Notes under the pieces: model-generated
Database searches by the model: none
What the model was told of the DNA's origin: nothing
Seen by the model: only the letters and a program-made list of their open reading frames with translations
Assembly: GCF_009914755.1 (NCBI RefSeq)
Contig: NC_060938.1
Reading direction: 5' to 3' (one strand)
Source of the DNA: the human T2T-CHM13v2.0 reference genome, Homo sapiens
DNA: 64,000 nt
Translations under genes and position numbers: made by a program
Shown: piece after piece, positions 59,263-64,000 of the stretch
Numbering within the stretch: the stretch's first letter is position 1
How the letters are laid out: every line of letters starts with the position of its first letter

Positions 59263-61015
59263 CTGTTTTTTATGTAAGACTTGTAACTGTACTGACTGTT
59301 ATAAACCACCAAGTCCATTTTCACATAAATTCTATCATGATTTTTACCTCTTATTTTGTTCTTATTTCAATAATCAACTGATTTTCCTCTGTGTTTGGCC
59401 TTGTTTCATTGCATTGTTAGTTATCATTGATAGTTTAGCCTTCAGTGTTCTGGTTTGGGAGATAGACATTGAATCTTATACCTGTATGGTGGCTGCTTTA
59501 TGTATTATTTTATTTGTATAAAGTCTGCTAGGATAGGACTGGGATTATTGTTCTTATTCAAAATATTAGAGAGACTAAAAACCAGGAACATACATAAACT
59601 TGCCCCAAATTTAGGTTTATTAAGTGGCAAACCCTACACCTGAGCCAAAGTATTTTGAAACAAAGATTTCTTTTCACTGACCTAGACTATCTCAAACTCG
59701 ATAGTTCTAGGCAAATAAAATTTAGCTTTAAAAAAACTCATTTACTAGTAAGGATCTAGAATGAAGAAATATGCCCTGAGATGAGAGTAGTTTGAGGACA
59801 GAGCTTGGCAGAAGCAAACCTGAAGTCATTCCACCTTCATAAGTGCTAACAAAATTGGTGATTCCAAGAACCATGCAAAGAGAATTCTAATACACATTTT
59901 GATAGGGTACACCACAACACACCTGTCAAGGGAAATAATTAGATCATCCTGGATTCAATTTAGGAAATTGTCAAAAGTTCATAGCCCTCTTTACTTGTAA
60001 TGCAACGCACATGCTGATGTTTCTAGCCATTGCAAAAAAATAAGTAGGCTGAAGTTAGGAAGTCTCTTCCAGGTTTACTGGAAGAAGGCCTGAGACGTCA
60101 TACATCAGATTCCTCAGAGGCTGTATTAAAAGGAACCATGGAACAGGAGTAGTGTTCTGCAGCCTTGTTCAGAGGATATGTCTGTGTACAAAATATGTAA
60201 CAAATAAGGTACTCAAATATCTCAATTTGGCTACTTTACAACAGATGGGTATGAATGATTGCAATGATCTTCAGATGTGACTTTATCAGTCATCACGGAA
60301 CCAAAGGTAACAGGTGGTTCTTTAAGTTAAAGAAATCTAACTTGAAAACCAAATCGTAGTAATTAAAAAGAATCATAGTGCACTAGAACAGCCAAGAAAT
60401 AGACTCCAGTGTGTGCCCTTGGTCAAGTCGTTTCTCCATTCTGCATCTCTGTTTAGCATTTGTAAATTAAAGTGTAAATGAAACTAAGCAGAGTTATTTT
60501 TTCAAAGCGAAACTGCTAAGAACCTCACAATACATCCAGATAAAACTTGTGTAAAGAGGATGGGAAGACAATACCTCCATGGAATGCTAAGGTACAAAAA
60601 ATAAATAAAAACTGAAAAACTACTGGAATAGTTTCATCTAGCTCTAATATCACACTGCTTTCAGTAATTGACAGTGAGTTTTAGTTCTGTAAGCATTCTA
60701 TAATTGAGTATGAACTAGCAAAACCATCCATGGTTAGTATTAGATTTGTATTCAAAAAGCAATCTCTGGCAGGTATGTGTATTGAAAAAACACACAGTAG
60801 GCAGATTGGAAACTTTTGTCTAAGAGGGAGAGACCAGGACCTGAACCGAGGAAACATCCTGTCCAGAGAGATAGCCTACCTTTCCCAAGAGTGTTTATTC
60901 ATTTCATTCATTGCAATGCTCCTCTGTCTACCGTGTGTGTGTGTGTTTCTCGTATTATCAGCAAGTCTCTAAGCCAGATTTACAAGTTCATGATTTCTTC
61001 TTGGCAGGCGGGGAG

Positions 61016-61208
61016 CTTTAGTGCAGTTTTAGGTACAGAAAAATTGGAAGGAAGGTTCGGAGAGTTCCTATATATCCACCTGCCCCCACACATTGGTAGC
61101 CTCTCCATTATCCCAATCCCTCACCAGAGTGGTGCATTTGTTACAATTGATGAGCCTACATTGATACATCATAACTACACAAATTCCATAGTTTACCTCA
61201 GGATTCAC
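61016..61208 (-). mobile_element. L1MC/MD 3' end fragment
   Basis: gcagttttaggtacagaaaaattg...ccagagtggtgcatttgttacaattgatgagcctacattgatacatc. Confidence 0.8.
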
Positions 61209-64000
61209 CATAATTTCTTTTTTAAAAAATCCTAAAATCATAAACAGAGATAACATATATTGCCTTAACCTGAAATTTCAGTAAACACCCTGGCTAAATA
61301 CAAAATTAGGCTTCAGATTCAATCAAACTTAGTTTCACCTAGTTTATATTTTTTAAAGAATCATGAAAAAGCAGAACCAAACATATTTTGATTACCTCTC
61401 TGATAACCAGAATTTTCAGTTAATAAAAATATTCTAATTTTGATGGTTTGAAAGAGAAACAAAAGAGAGACAGAACAAAAGTTAGGATGTCCCAGTTCCA
61501 TTCACACTGAGTTTTCTGCTTGGTTTGAAACATAAATACACTCCAACGTATTAACTTGAGCCCTCATTGTTTGCGTTTTCATGATGCCTAGAGGAAACAA
61601 TCGGAGCCAGGATTTGGCCAGAACTTACATCTGTGAGGTCTCAGCGATTCACATACTCCAAGCTTCAGAAAAGACAAGAGTGATCTACCTCCCCATCAAT
61701 TGCCAGGAGCATTGGCAGATCCTGTTTAACACCAGCAGGACCACCTGGACCCCCGAGAAGGCCCACTTAATTAAGACATTAGCTTCTAACATACTGAACA
61801 AAGCTTCCTAAATTCATACACTGACAGTGAAGTGCGGAATTCCTCACTGAGACATGTTGAAATCCGATTTCAGCTCCCTTTTGTGTAGAGCAACCTGCAC
61901 TGTGTAAACTGTCAGCCTACCCTTGCTAACTTCATTAGAGAGAAGGCCAATAACAAAGCTCAGCTGATTATAAAAGAAAGTGAAGAGACTCTGAATGATT
62001 ATAGAATTCTTATAATGTGTATAGTGTTATTATGGCACTCTGCCCAGGGCTCATCAAAGATAAATGAGGTTTGAAGAGTAGATTTTTTTATGCTAAACTT
62101 AATAGACATTCCCTTTCTTTTCTTTTTTTTTTTTTAAATTGGCAAGGGAATGGAAAAGACATCAAAGCAGTTTTCCTATAAATCTATACGAAAATGAATT
62201 TCAGAGTCAACTTTTCTGCTTTTATTACCTATGGTGTTTTTATTTTTGGGGGAGCTGAAAGGGAACATAATTCAATGCCTTTCAAGTTGCTTTGGAGAAA
62301 TATAATAAATCCAATATATATGGAAAAGTTTATAGAGTTTTTTTTGTAAGATACATACAACTCTAAGATCTTCCTCTGATATTAAAATTGTTTCTAAAAA
62401 TTTTTCTTCAAAGTTTCTCATACATATTTCACTAGGTTTCCTAGACACTTAGTAATTTATTATTCTGAATTCCAGTGACAGGAGATGAGGTTTAATATTT
62501 TGACTATATGAAGCTGTTGTCTTTTCCAAACTGCTATTTCTAAAATCCTCATCCAAACTTTAAAGTACAATAACGTCTCTCATTTCAGTTTCTACAGCTA
62601 AGAATTCGGGGAGAGTGTCCACTAATATTGCAACATCAGCCTCTGAATGTGCTCCTCGTGTGTGAAATTATATTTTTATGACACTTCTCTGGTTTTGTTT
62701 GAATCAGCTCTGTTGAAAATCATCTTGAACCCAATTTTTATTCAGTAACTGCCTCTCAATACACATTACTCTTGTAACTGTTAAAGATATGTTGCTTCAG
62801 CTTTTCAGGCAAGGCTATTTGAATGCACAAGAGGGTTGTCACAGTGTGCTTATGAGCATGTCAAAGTTAAACAAATGCAAAGTTGCTTAGTTTCATCAGT
62901 AGTTAAATCTCATTACAAAACCAATACTTTAAGATAAAGTTCAAAGTTCACAGTTCTAAAAAAATGGAACTTAGCTGTAGTGACATAGTGCTACTTCCAA
63001 ATTATTAAGCTAAAACAACCATGGATTCCAAGCAAATTTTCTCTGGGGGGGAAGGTAGCCTCAGAGTCAAGATAAACCCTTCTGACCAGAAAGTCTTGAG
63101 TCGTGATTCTAATTGTTCCACAGACTGAACACTGAGTTTATCACTTTATAAATGGTTCACCATATGTAAAATAAATACAAGCTGCCACACACATACAATT
63201 AACACCTAAAATCATTAGTCATCTTTTATCTGCTGTATTCAAGAGAATGTTGTTTGTACTAATTAGAAGAACCCTGGGTAAGAGACAGACTTGTCTCCAG
63301 GTTTTCTTCATTTACCTAAATTTCAGTTGCCTTACAGAGTAGGAGGTAGAAATTAATAGATATGTGTGAAAACATAGTAAAACTCCAGGGCTTTACCTCA
63401 GAAGCCAAATCATAGCACAGCAAGGAAAATCTTAAATAGATGTTAAGGAATTGAAAAATATGTACACCTTTGAAAGTCAACCTTTCCTAAATGTGCAGAA
63501 AAAAGTTGACAGACATTCGGTGATGTTAATGGTATTGAAATGATCCCAGATTTAGAAGACTGTTGCAGACGCGGCTAACAGGAGCCTTTCCCCATGGACT
63601 AAACACTGTATTTCACAGCCCTGGCTAAGTATTAGAATAACCTGGACAGCATGTGAATTAATTGATCAGGGTTGGAAAAGGATGTTCTTTTAAACCTCTC
63701 TAGTTAACCCTAACGTACAAAGATGGAAAAGAAAACAGATTGGAAATAGTGCAGAAAATGTTCAGAAGGTTCACATTCAGAACATAATGTTTGCAGGTTC
63801 CCACCACCTCCGCTACATAGAATGGCATGCCTTTAAAAAAAGAAATAGTTTGGGTGGAGTCCTGATTGCATCAGTAGATTGAAATCTGTTGAGTAGTAGT
63901 AGAACCTCTCCTTTTCATATAATATCCACCACACACGGCAGTGTTACAAAATTTAATACACTAAATTAGATATGCAGGTAAAATATATTGCTTTGATTGT

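Overview
AT-rich primate (human-like) genomic DNA that is intergenic or deep intronic. I can support no cellular protein-coding gene, RNA gene or CRISPR array. Much of the window is interspersed repeat: L1PA/L1M LINEs, Alus, MIR/L2, MaLR and ERVL LTR elements, and hAT/TcMar MITEs. All long ORFs in the track are L1 ORF1/ORF2 pieces. Repeat subfamily names were assigned by eye from remembered consensus sequences, so they and the boundaries of old elements are approximate. The main signals are structural. (1) At 33.4-38.5 kb, two young L1 copies point head-to-head with both poly(A) tails outward. They are joined by a 51-bp inverted copy of the target DNA, and the same endonuclease target sequence occurs at all four junctions. 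(2) At 27.3-28.5 kb there is a ~1.2-kb inversion that splits two different LTR elements and leaves an 18-bp inverted duplication at its breakpoints. (3) At 19.5 kb there is a near-copy of the NQO1 antioxidant response element. (4) At ~1 kb there is a probable RTE-clade endonuclease fossil.
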